Below the pieces are notes generated by a model. The model made no database searches and was not told where the DNA came from. It saw nothing but the letters and a program-made list of their open reading frames with translations. A stretch of DNA of 16,553 bases, taken from Candidatus Thorarchaeota archaeon (GTDB taxonomy: Archaea > Asgardarchaeota > Thorarchaeia > Thorarchaeales > Thorarchaeaceae). Shown in pieces: positions 1 to 7,922 of this stretch. The stretch lies in contig JBHIAE010000059.1 of NCBI GenBank assembly GCA_046758445.1, forward strand, positions 1 through 16,553, in the 5' to 3' direction. The position numbers and the translations under genes are program-made. The first letter of the stretch is position 1; each line of letters begins with the position of its first letter.

Positions 1-102
1 ACAAACAGGTTAGACATGGCAGCCCAGGTATAGGTGCTACCAAGAGCAGTGCATATGTGCCCCTGAAATAGAAGAGAATTGCAGCCTCTGCCTTGTGAGA
101 GG

Positions 103-885
103 TTAGGTTCTCTTGATTCTCAATCCCAAAGTCACAAGTATGATGATGGTTGCCGCACTGCCACTCACTGCAATCAACGTGAAGGGAATCTGGCCAACTG
201 TAATTTCATCATCTACAATGACATTATCTATTGCCCACTCTTTGTTTAGTGACACAATGAAGTACTCACAGGATTCCACATCTACTGTAGTATCCGTTTC
301 TTGAATCACTTGTATGCCATCTATCCATACTGTGATCTGCCCTTCTGCTGTTCGCGTCATATCGATATGGTTGATTCCTTGTTTTCCCTCGTCGATGTCA
401 AATTATCCCAGAGTTGTGTAGTCTGCGCCTACACGTCCTTGTATGGTGGTACCTCGCAGGAGTCTCAATGCAGCGAATGTCGAATCTCCCAGTACCACCC
501 GTTGTAGCTCCAGACAGTATCCATTCCAGTATTCAGGGTCTGTACTCATGAAGAAGAACTTTGGAATGGCACTCAAGTCAAAGAAATCGAGGTCATACTC
601 TATGTCAAAGCTCCACGTTTCTGATGTTACCGAGCTCTCGTGATAGATAGTACCAAGGATCACGCACCCCTCACAGTCAACCGGACTGTCCCCCACAACC
701 TCCAGAGTATGATTGGCCGCCGACCACTCGCCATCAACTACTGTCCATCCATCATAGTTTCCATCTGAGAAGTCGTCAGACCATAGAACCACAGCATCAC
801 ATGAGTTGACTCGTACTGACACCAGAAAAACCAGCAATAGTGCAGCGACTAGAAATTGACGAACGAGGGAGCTAGCGCTTCGCAC
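103..885 (-). pseudogene. Membrane-anchored surface protein (LamG/concanavalin-like beta domain) with one in-frame TAA at 403-405; pseudogene or read-through gene, 260 codons
   Basis: ORFs 403..885 and 103..360 share a frame and are joined by 14 sense codons: ...DYTTLG*FDIDEGKQGINHID-MTRTAEG. The product has a signal peptide, WSDDFSDGNYDGWTV motif, beta-rich core, and C-terminal TM (TLIAVSGSAATIIILVTLGL) with basic tail RIKRT. GGAGG lies 8 nt before the GTG start. The fold call is inference. Confidence 0.8.
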
Positions 886-1136
886 ATGAGTGACCTCCTA
901 TCCTGGTCAGATTCAATGCGAATTACGGCTACAGGGCGGCCAAAGGAACCACCTAGTTTCTAACAGCCAGCCGAGATTGCTCGCTGTGGTTTTTAACTAG
1001 ATTTCGGAGCCAGCAAGAAACGTGCCCGTCGAGGTCGGAGGATTTGTTCATGTGCTGATGGTCGAAGAACGATTGAAGCAGAACTCTCTTATCTCAAGAG
1101 TGCATCTAGTGTGTGGATTTCATGGGGGACTGGACT

Positions 1137-1415
1137 ATGGAATACATAATGTTCTGGGAATATGACTCGGCAGATCACAATGTTGTGATGGAGAAGCCTA
1201 GGCAGTATCGGAATCAAGTGAAGAAGAATCCTGACAGTCATGCAAAGTTCATCTCCAAGAACTACACAATGGTAGATGGCCCTGAGGGTTTCCAGTTGGT
1301 TGAAACTGACAATCCTGAGCATCTTGTCAGCATTGTTCGCCACTACATGCCCGAGGTGCGCTTCAGATTCGCTCCAATTGTAGAATTGAAGAGAGTCGAC
1401 CAGAAGAAAGAATAG
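1137..1415 (+). CDS. DUF3303-like small alpha/beta protein
   Basis: MEYIMFWEY...GFQLVETDNPEHL...YMPEVRFRFAPIVE resembles the archaeal DUF3303 pattern. ATG at 1137 is preferred over GTG at 1113. Confidence 0.7.
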   Translation: MEYIMFWEYDSADHNVVMEKPRQYRNQVKKNPDSHAKFISKNYTMVDGPEGFQLVETDNPEHLVSIVRHYMPEVRFRFAPIVELKRVDQKKE

Positions 1416-1663
1416 TCAGTTTGAACCGCACCTTGTCGATGTAAGTACTGGAGTGCGAAACCGAGTGCATGTCCACTATGCCTATCGCAGAGCGTCCGTT
1501 CGATTCCTGAACTCGATAGCCATCCGAAGAGGTCCCAGACATAGTTCTCGCGTCCTTGGTTAGAAGGTACTTCGCGTGCGATTCAGTTTCAAACGCATTA
1601 TGCCATTCAAGACTTCATATTGTCAACAGTAATCTTGGACTCGTATTGTGGAGCAAAAGTATG

Positions 1664-1705
1664 GGGTGGAACTCAGACAGCCGGAAGCATGTCTGGATCC
1701 CACCC
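1664..1705 (-). terminator. Strong 3' stem-loop (terminator-like or 3'-UTR element) of the heme-protein gene
   Basis: Minus strand reads GGGTGGGAT-C-CAGACA-T-GC-TTCCG-GC-TGTCTG-A-GTTCCACCC, about 17 bp including G.U pairs. It starts 6 nt after the TGA and is followed by CATACTTTTG. Confidence 0.55.
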
Positions 1706-1711
1706 ATTGTT

Positions 1712-3157
1712 TCAGATGCGGCAAGCAGGGATAGACTGTGGTTTTCTTACAAATGCTGCTATCGCTGCGACTAGCGCGACTGCTGAAATGCCAACAGGTG
1801 CCCATATTATGAGGACCTCCGCAGCCTGTCCTGGTTGTCCTTCTGGCCCAGGGGGTCCAGTCGGTCCCTCTGGTCCCTCTGGTCCAACAAGAGACGGCTT
1901 ATCAGCGAAGGTCAGAGACAAGGGTGTTCCAATGTGGAATGAGTGGCCCTCACCGCCGGTGTCATCCATCAGCGCAATGTCGAACTCATAGGAGGCTGAA
2001 AGATCATCAAACTGCACATCGTCAGGATGTCCAGTTACAAGCTTGCGAGAGATTTCTATGGTCCATGTACCAGCAGCCCATGCGGCCCCTTCAAGGACAT
2101 CAGCACGACTTCCTTCGGGCAGCTGCAGAATTCTCTCAGGGATAGCAATCGGTGATGCACCCGCAGGCACGGAGAGAGCTGTGTACTTTGCCCAGTAGCT
2201 GCTAATGGTGGCATTGTTCAGCCCAGTTATGTCAACAGCTTCACCACTCTTCAACTCATTCGCTGTGATGAGCATTGCATCATAGTAGTCGAGCGGGTCT
2301 GTTTCCATGTAGATGGGTGCTGCCTTTGCTGCATATGATACTCCATCGATTACGGTGGTGCTGCCAATGCGATTGTGGTAGTATGAAGATCTACCGGCGT
2401 CTCCGTATCTTCCTCCATCCGGGTCATTTGCTATGGGAGCGCCCATGGCATCAAGAGCAACATAACCAATGTATTTGTCATCCATGTATCCAAGAAAACT
2501 GGCACCGGTTCCAATGTGGAAAAGTGGAAGACTCCTCGCAGCCTTCATGTGCCACATGTCCGCAAACATGCCCTGCGTGTCAAAATAGGCTCCATCTTCA
2601 GAGCTGCTAACGTCTGTGGTGTGACAGTCGGTGCACACTCCATGAGCATCATCTATACTGTGGGGAGGTGTCACTTGATAGCCCGTGGAGTTTATCGCAT
2701 GGCATTTACTCACACATCCATCAGTATCAAATCCGGGTGTGTTCATTGACCACATCACGGCGAGTCTATCTTCAGACTACTCCTCAGCCAGCACATCATT
2801 ACTCTTATTGAATCCACTTGTGGGGTCCCATTGCCATGACCCACCCCGAGTCCAGTTGAAAGTTGGATCGGGGTATTGCGCCAGCATATAGAGATCAGAC
2901 TCAGTGTAAAGGAATTTGATAGTCACGTTCTCGCCAGTGGTAGATTGACCACTGATGAAACAGCCGTCCACTGCCACAACTAACTCTGGTGCTGTGTCCC
3001 ACACCGTATCGACTACTCCGTCTAAAGCTGGAGCATCTCTGGTGTAAATCGCTTCCACGTCAGATGCAGCCTGAGTGCTTGCAGTAGCCACGGACACTGC
3101 CGCAGTTGCACCAACTAGAAGCAATGCGAATATAACTATTCCAATCTGTTTACGCAA
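1712..3157 (-). CDS. Ethylbenzene dehydrogenase gamma-like (EB_dh/DOMON-type) heme protein with c-type heme motifs, collagen-like stalk and C-terminal TM; one in-frame TAG at 2777-2779 (481 aa if read through, otherwise pseudogene)
   Basis: ORFs 2777..3157 and 1712..2758 are in frame: ...NDVLAEE*SEDRLAVMWSMN. Seen: signal peptide, APALDG..D..W..AP DOMON-like start, LYMLAQYPDPT, GCVSKCH, CTDCH, DMWHMKAARS, WTIEISRKLVTGHPDDVQF, seven Gly-X-Y triplets, TM helix and RK tail. GGAGTGA SD precedes the TTG start. Confidence 0.85.
1823..1885 (-). repeat. Collagen-like Gly-X-Y repeat (GPE GPE GPT GPP GPE GQP GQA)
   Basis: Seven consecutive Gly-X-Y triplets between the globular domain and the TM helix, with repeated GGACCAGAG units in the DNA. 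Confidence 0.9.
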
Positions 3158-3214
3158 TCTAGATCACTCCTAAGTAAGACTTGGTGAGCCGTCCCGCATT
3201 AGTCAGGTATATCA

Positions 3215-3342
3215 GTGTTACAAAAATCATTTGGGTTTTTTATATAAAACCAAGGTTATTATTATAAAAGATATGATTTAAATTTGCGATAATCAGCAGA
3301 TTTTTGTAAATTTCAGATTGTAAGTAATGTAATTGCAAAAGT
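3215..3342. promoter_or_regulatory. AT-rich promoter/operator region between the divergent heme-protein and DUF362 genes
   Basis: Very AT-rich relative to the flanks. TATA-like TTTATATA (3238-3245) lies inside the near-palindrome TTGGGTTTTTTATATAAAACCAA (3231-3253). Perfect 11-bp inverted repeat TTACAAAAATC (3218-3228) / GATTTTTGTAA (3299-3309). Confidence 0.7.
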
Positions 3343-3637
3343 TAGGACACGGAATATGTCGGCCAGATCCGGACGGGCCCTAGTTTCAAGATTCGCAAGC
3401 AATAGTGTTAGACAATGACAGAATGAAACTGACCGCTAGGAGCAGGGGTCGAACGTCTTCGCAGAGCCATCCAAGACAACTTCGCACTAAAGAGCTGATC
3501 TTGAGCCTTGGAGTCCAATCCGGCCCGCAACAGGCTTCGCCACGAGGCGCAGAATGACACTGATACAAGGTAGATCCTTTCTCATCTCAAAGTTGAAGAA
3601 GACTAGGGTTCAAAGCAAATCATCAGTTCACTAGACT

Positions 3638-4489
3638 ATGAGGAGAAGATCCGTGGACTCAGTTGCTCTTATGAAGCATGGTGATAGTATCAGAGAAACT
3701 CTTGAGAAGGGACTTGAGCTCATCGGAGGTTTCGGGGAGCTGAAATCCCCGGTCATTGTAAAGCCCAACATATGCACAATATCAGACGGTACGGGCTTCT
3801 CAGTGACAGATGTGACAGTCGTAGAGGCTATCGTAGAACTGATTCTCGCGGAGAACGACGGCCTTCCGATTAGGATTGTGGAATCAGATAGTCAGAGCAA
3901 GTACACAGAAGAGGCCTTCGAGAAGTTCGGCTACAAAGGGCTCGAAGCCAAGATGCAGGGTGCAGGATTCGACGTTTCTCTGATGAATCTGAGTCAATCA
4001 GAGATGCTTCCCACGGACTTCAAGGGCGACTACTTCGACGATCCAGAGCTGCCCGATTTGGCCATCGGGCCGGGTAACTTCATTTCGGTCGCCGTAGCCA
4101 AGACGCACTATTTGACATTCCTCACAGGAGCCCTGAAGAACTTGTTCGGACTTCTTCCGAGAAAGGATCAATCATTCTATCATCCTCACATCAGTGAAGT
4201 AGTCGTCGACCTAGCTCGGCTTGTCCAACCAGACCTCTGCATAGTTGATGCAAGAGTTGGCATCGAAGGATGGAATGGCCCGATGACTCGGAAGCTCGAT
4301 GCATTCATTCTCGGACGCCAACCAGTTTCCGTAGACGCCACCATGGCCCGAATTATGGGATTTGACCCTGAGAGAATTTACCATCTAGTGGAAGCAAGCA
4401 GATACAATCTTGGAACACTAGACCCGACTGTTCTTGGACAGAGTATTGAGTCAGTCAAAGTGAGATTCAATCCACCGGTCCCTGTCTAA
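3638..4489 (+). CDS. DUF362 domain protein
   Basis: Motifs VIVKPN, IVESD, KTH...TGALKNLFG, PDLCIVDA..G.EG..GP and PVSVDATMARIMGFDP are typical of DUF362. Confidence 0.9.
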   Translation: MRRRSVDSVALMKHGDSIRETLEKGLELIGGFGELKSPVIVKPNICTISDGTGFSVTDVTVVEAIVELILAENDGLPIRIVESDSQSKYTEEAFEKFGYKGLEAKMQGAGFDVSLMNLSQSEMLPTDFKGDYFDDPELPDLAIGPGNFISVAVAKTHYLTFLTGALKNLFGLLPRKDQSFYHPHISEVVVDLARLVQPDLCIVDARVGIEGWNGPMTRKLDAFILGRQPVSVDATMARIMGFDPERIYHLVEASRYNLGTLDPTVLGQSIESVKVRFNPPVPV

Positions 4490-4498
4490 TTGACGAAA

Positions 4499-4535
4499 GG
4501 TGCGCATCATAGGTCCAATCATCTAGTAGCGCACC
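4499..4535. terminator. Inverted repeat between convergent DUF362 genes
   Basis: GGTGCGC (4499-4505) / GCGCACC (4529-4535) in the 95-bp gap between two stop codons. Confidence 0.35.
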
Positions 4536-4584
4536 AATAGTATTAGGCATGGTTCGTCTACTCGGAGGCCGACTCAATTCAAAG

Positions 4585-5427
4585 CTAGGCTTCAATAACA
4601 GAGATATCGTCATCACTCTGCGCCCCAAGGCCTATTCGTACTGCGTGCTTAATCTGAGGGACCTCCCAGACTGGTAGATTGAGTCTGTTTTTAGCTTCAT
4701 AGCTCTGAAGGATTCTCACTCCCTCAACGTCTATTGCGACCATGTCAGTGCCTGTTAAGATGTAATTAGGGGACTCCAAATCTCCGCTTGTTGGACCACC
4801 AGTCACGAACACTTTCCTTGCGTCCATGACAATCAGAGTAGGTCTGAAGTGGGAGGCGAGGTCTGCGATCTTCTGTTCAAGTCTGCGCGCATGCATCTTG
4901 AGCCGGTCTGCTCCCTTGATTGTGCCAACTAGGAGCTTCATGGCGCCAGTGAAGCGAGCAAAACGGTGTGTCTTGAGACAAGGTGCAAGCACAAGCTTGT
5001 CGTATCGCGTTAGCGCTTCCCCGACGTGTGCGTTCTTCATGTAGACACCTATGTCGAGCTTCTGTTTGATCCATTCACCTTCGTCAAGGAAAGCCAGTTC
5101 TGCCCCCTTCTCTTCTGCAATTGAAAGAAGACCATTCTTCTCTGCTACCTCTCTTGTATTGAGCGCGAACATCGATGACTCGACAACCCTCAGCTTTGAG
5201 GGTCCTGCTTTCAAGATAATCGTCATCAAGGCGCGAATGAACTGTGGGTCACTTGCTGCTGGAAATGGGTCAGCCGAGTTCAGGTTTGGCTTCAGTGTCA
5301 CGTCATCACCCGGTTGAATGAACCTGTCTATCCCACCCAGCAGCTCAAGAGCGCGGTTGATATGCTTGTCCAGAGAATCCTCTGACCTTACTCTGGCAAC
5401 ATGCGTCTTTCCGTTACTATCGTTCAA
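4585..5427 (-). CDS. DUF362 domain protein
   Basis: ALELLGGIDRFIQPGDDVTLKPNL, LKTHRFARFTGAMKLLVG, PTLIVMDA...TGGP..G and DMVAID. Confidence 0.9.
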   Translation of the reverse strand: MNDSNGKTHVARVRSEDSLDKHINRALELLGGIDRFIQPGDDVTLKPNLNSADPFPAASDPQFIRALMTIILKAGPSKLRVVESSMFALNTREVAEKNGLLSIAEEKGAELAFLDEGEWIKQKLDIGVYMKNAHVGEALTRYDKLVLAPCLKTHRFARFTGAMKLLVGTIKGADRLKMHARRLEQKIADLASHFRPTLIVMDARKVFVTGGPTSGDLESPNYILTGTDMVAIDVEGVRILQSYEAKNRLNLPVWEVPQIKHAVRIGLGAQSDDDISVIEA

Positions 5428-5492
5428 ATCCGGGCCTCTCAGGGTCAGACTAAGTACATGCTAAAGGTCTTGCTGTTTGGTGTGGGGCTTAC

Positions 5493-6392
5493 TCACAACA
5501 TCACTTGCATTCTTCTGTCGGCTTCCAGATTCTGCCTGACAATGTCAAGACCATGGTCAATAGCAAGGGCCTCCTTGTAACACTCCATGGCACGCATTCT
5601 GTCACCTTTCTCTCTCAACGCGACACCTAAGTTGTTCCATCCCCTCGGATCCTCCGAAACCAGGGCAGTATACTTCTCTAGACATTCTATCGCTTCAGCC
5701 CACCTTCCCAGAAACCAGAGGGATGTACCAAAACGAAACAGAACGTAGGGCTGATTTCGCTTCACAGACAGGCTAGATTGGTAGAACTCCGCTGCCCGCA
5801 GATAGTTCTCCGCCTCGTAGCATAGGTCACCGACGACATTGATAGAGTTCAAGGTCCTCGGATTGAGATCAATTGCGACGCTAAGACTCGTGCAGGCAGC
5901 ATTATAGCGCTCGAGTCTTGCCTGGCAGACTCCCCGCATCTCCCAGACTTCGAATAGGTCATCAGCAACGTCGAGAATCGAGGAGGTGACGGAGAGGACA
6001 GTACGACAATCATCCATTTGAGCTGCAGACTTTGCTAGCGCCAGAAGGGCATCAACTTCTGTGCCACCAAGCTTCAAGTAATCCCCTAGTGTCTTTACCG
6101 CCTGCTCGAAGAGTCCTTGGGAGTAGTACAACATTCCAAGATTCTCCACAGGTTCAATCCATTTCTGAACGAGCTCTGTTGCACGTTCGAAGCACTCCAT
6201 AGCCTCTCCAAAGGCCTCCGAATCTTGGTATACGAGCCCCAAGAGATTCCAAGCTTGATGGTGAGTGGGATCAGCATCGACTACTGCACGTAACGCCTCC
6301 TCGGCGGCATCTAGCTCCCCGAATCTCTTGAAGCGCTCACCTCGGCGGAACAGTGATGCTGTTTCATCATTTGCGATGTCGTACATTCTCAA
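5493..6392 (-). CDS. Tetratricopeptide repeat (TPR) protein
   Basis: Repeated TPR consensus (AWNLLGLVY..., GWNNLGVAL...G...A..CY..AL..D) across the 299 aa. The start may be ATG at 6386. Confidence 0.92.
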   Translation of the reverse strand: MRMYDIANDETASLFRRGERFKRFGELDAAEEALRAVVDADPTHHQAWNLLGLVYQDSEAFGEAMECFERATELVQKWIEPVENLGMLYYSQGLFEQAVKTLGDYLKLGGTEVDALLALAKSAAQMDDCRTVLSVTSSILDVADDLFEVWEMRGVCQARLERYNAACTSLSVAIDLNPRTLNSINVVGDLCYEAENYLRAAEFYQSSLSVKRNQPYVLFRFGTSLWFLGRWAEAIECLEKYTALVSEDPRGWNNLGVALREKGDRMRAMECYKEALAIDHGLDIVRQNLEADRRMQVML

Positions 6393-6889
6393 GCAACACC
6401 CAGACTAGTCGATTAGATGGCGACTGTGGAGTATAATCTACTAATCGTCCTTAGCGCCTTTGAATTAACACTGGTCATACCCCGATAGTAGGCAATGAAT
6501 GGTGGCTAGACGTTAGATTCTGCGAACTCAACTGAGAAGTAACGGTCGGGTCAAATGCCGAACAGATGGGCAACTGCAAGGAATGAAATCAGCGGACACG
6601 AATGGACATCTTTGATTCAACCACCTGGTGCGCCCATATCTTCGAGCTCATATTCTCTTACGTTAGTACATGCGGTGTTTGAGAATATAATGAACTGGAA
6701 CTGCGCAAAGACATGCGTAGGAGTCGCAAATCTGAGAGGATGCTTGACTCAACTGTGGCAGAAGCAGGAAGCCGGGTTTCCACAACCTGCATTCAACACG
6801 GCAAGCCGGAAGTCAGTAGCAGAAACTCCTGTTTCTAGCAAATCATTCAAGTGGAGGAATTGTCCCACCTGAAGGCCGAGGCAAACACA

Positions 6890-7918
6890 ATGTCAGAGCC
6901 CTTCAGAATACTACAGATTGGATTTGGTACAATTGGCCGAACGATTGCCCAAGCCATCATTGAGAGGTCGAACCTAGAATTAGTGGGACTTGTCGACGTA
7001 AGTCCTGACCTGCAAGGAATGATCGTGGAGGAGATCCTGGGGCTTGAGACCAAGTCAAGAACTGAGATTAGTGATGATCTTCAGAAGACCATTGAAACGT
7101 CGGATGATTCATCGATAGACGTCGCAGTGGTTGCAACAGTTTCTTCGCTGGAGAAGGTCGCGCCTACGATATCCACCTGTCTAGAGAACGAGATGGATGT
7201 CATTTCAATATGCGAAGAGCTATCGTATCCTTTCGACCGTCATCCGCAGCTTACAAGAGACCTTGATGAGCTTGCTAAGAAGAAGGAAAAGACAGTCTTG
7301 GGGACGGGAATCAATCCGGGGTACCTGATGGACCTTCTACCAATCACTCTGTCTGCACCGACTCAAAGTGTAGACAGTATCATTGTCACGCGCGTGATCA
7401 ACTCCAGTCATCGACGAGCATCGTTCCAGAAGAAGATTGGAACTGGGATGTCACAGGAGGAGTTTAGGAAGTCCATCGACGAGGGCGTGATAACCGGGCA
7501 TGTGGGTCTTGACGAGTCAATAAGAATGGTTGGTGATGCTCTGAACCTTGGACTCGATCATGTCGAAGAGCTGCCTGTTGAACCAGTTGTAGCAGAGAAG
7601 GAAACCACAACACCCTTCGCAAAGGTTCGTGAGGGAGATGTTCTCGGGCTGAAGAGTAGGGGCGTGGGAAAGAAAGGCGAGAAGACTCTAGTCACACTCG
7701 ACTTCTCTGCCTATGCAGATGCCTCCCCTGAGTACGATGAGGTTAGAATCACCGGACATCCTAACTTGGTGCAGCGTGTTGAAGGAGGGGTGCATGGCGA
7801 TTTGGGCACAGTAGCCATGGTTGTAAACATGATACCGCTTGTTGTAGATGCACAAGCGGGAGTGAAGACGATGAAGGACCTGCCGACACCTCGTAACACT
7901 GAAAGAGTATGGAAGTAG
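6890..7918 (+). CDS. NAD(P)-dependent amine dehydrogenase, 2,4-diaminopentanoate dehydrogenase (Ord)-like / DapB-N family
   Basis: Rossmann motif GFGTIG, then SICEELSYP, VLGTGINPGYLMDLLP, GHVGLDES and GGVHGD..T motifs of the Ord/native amine dehydrogenase family. ATG 6890 is preferred over GTG 6851. Confidence 0.85.
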   Translation: MSEPFRILQIGFGTIGRTIAQAIIERSNLELVGLVDVSPDLQGMIVEEILGLETKSRTEISDDLQKTIETSDDSSIDVAVVATVSSLEKVAPTISTCLENEMDVISICEELSYPFDRHPQLTRDLDELAKKKEKTVLGTGINPGYLMDLLPITLSAPTQSVDSIIVTRVINSSHRRASFQKKIGTGMSQEEFRKSIDEGVITGHVGLDESIRMVGDALNLGLDHVEELPVEPVVAEKETTTPFAKVREGDVLGLKSRGVGKKGEKTLVTLDFSAYADASPEYDEVRITGHPNLVQRVEGGVHGDLGTVAMVVNMIPLVVDAQAGVKTMKDLPTPRNTERVWK

Positions 7919-7922
7919 CATT

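Noticed and set aside
1620-1991. Plus-strand 123-aa ORF with GPS/GPG repeats
   Set aside because: It is the antisense shadow of the collagen-like tract; Gly and Pro codons are reverse complements of each other.
3425-3498. Fragment GVERLRRAIQDNFALKS* resembling a class I aminotransferase C-terminus
   Set aside because: It is too short and needs stops and a frameshift to extend, so it cannot be supported without a tBLASTn hit.
3386-3568. 60-aa minus-strand ORF in the intergenic region
   Set aside because: No recognisable motif or convincing SD; likely spurious.
6555-6872. 105-aa plus-strand ORF upstream of the amine dehydrogenase
   Set aside because: Atypical composition, no family motif and no clear SD. 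Treated as non-coding, though not excluded.
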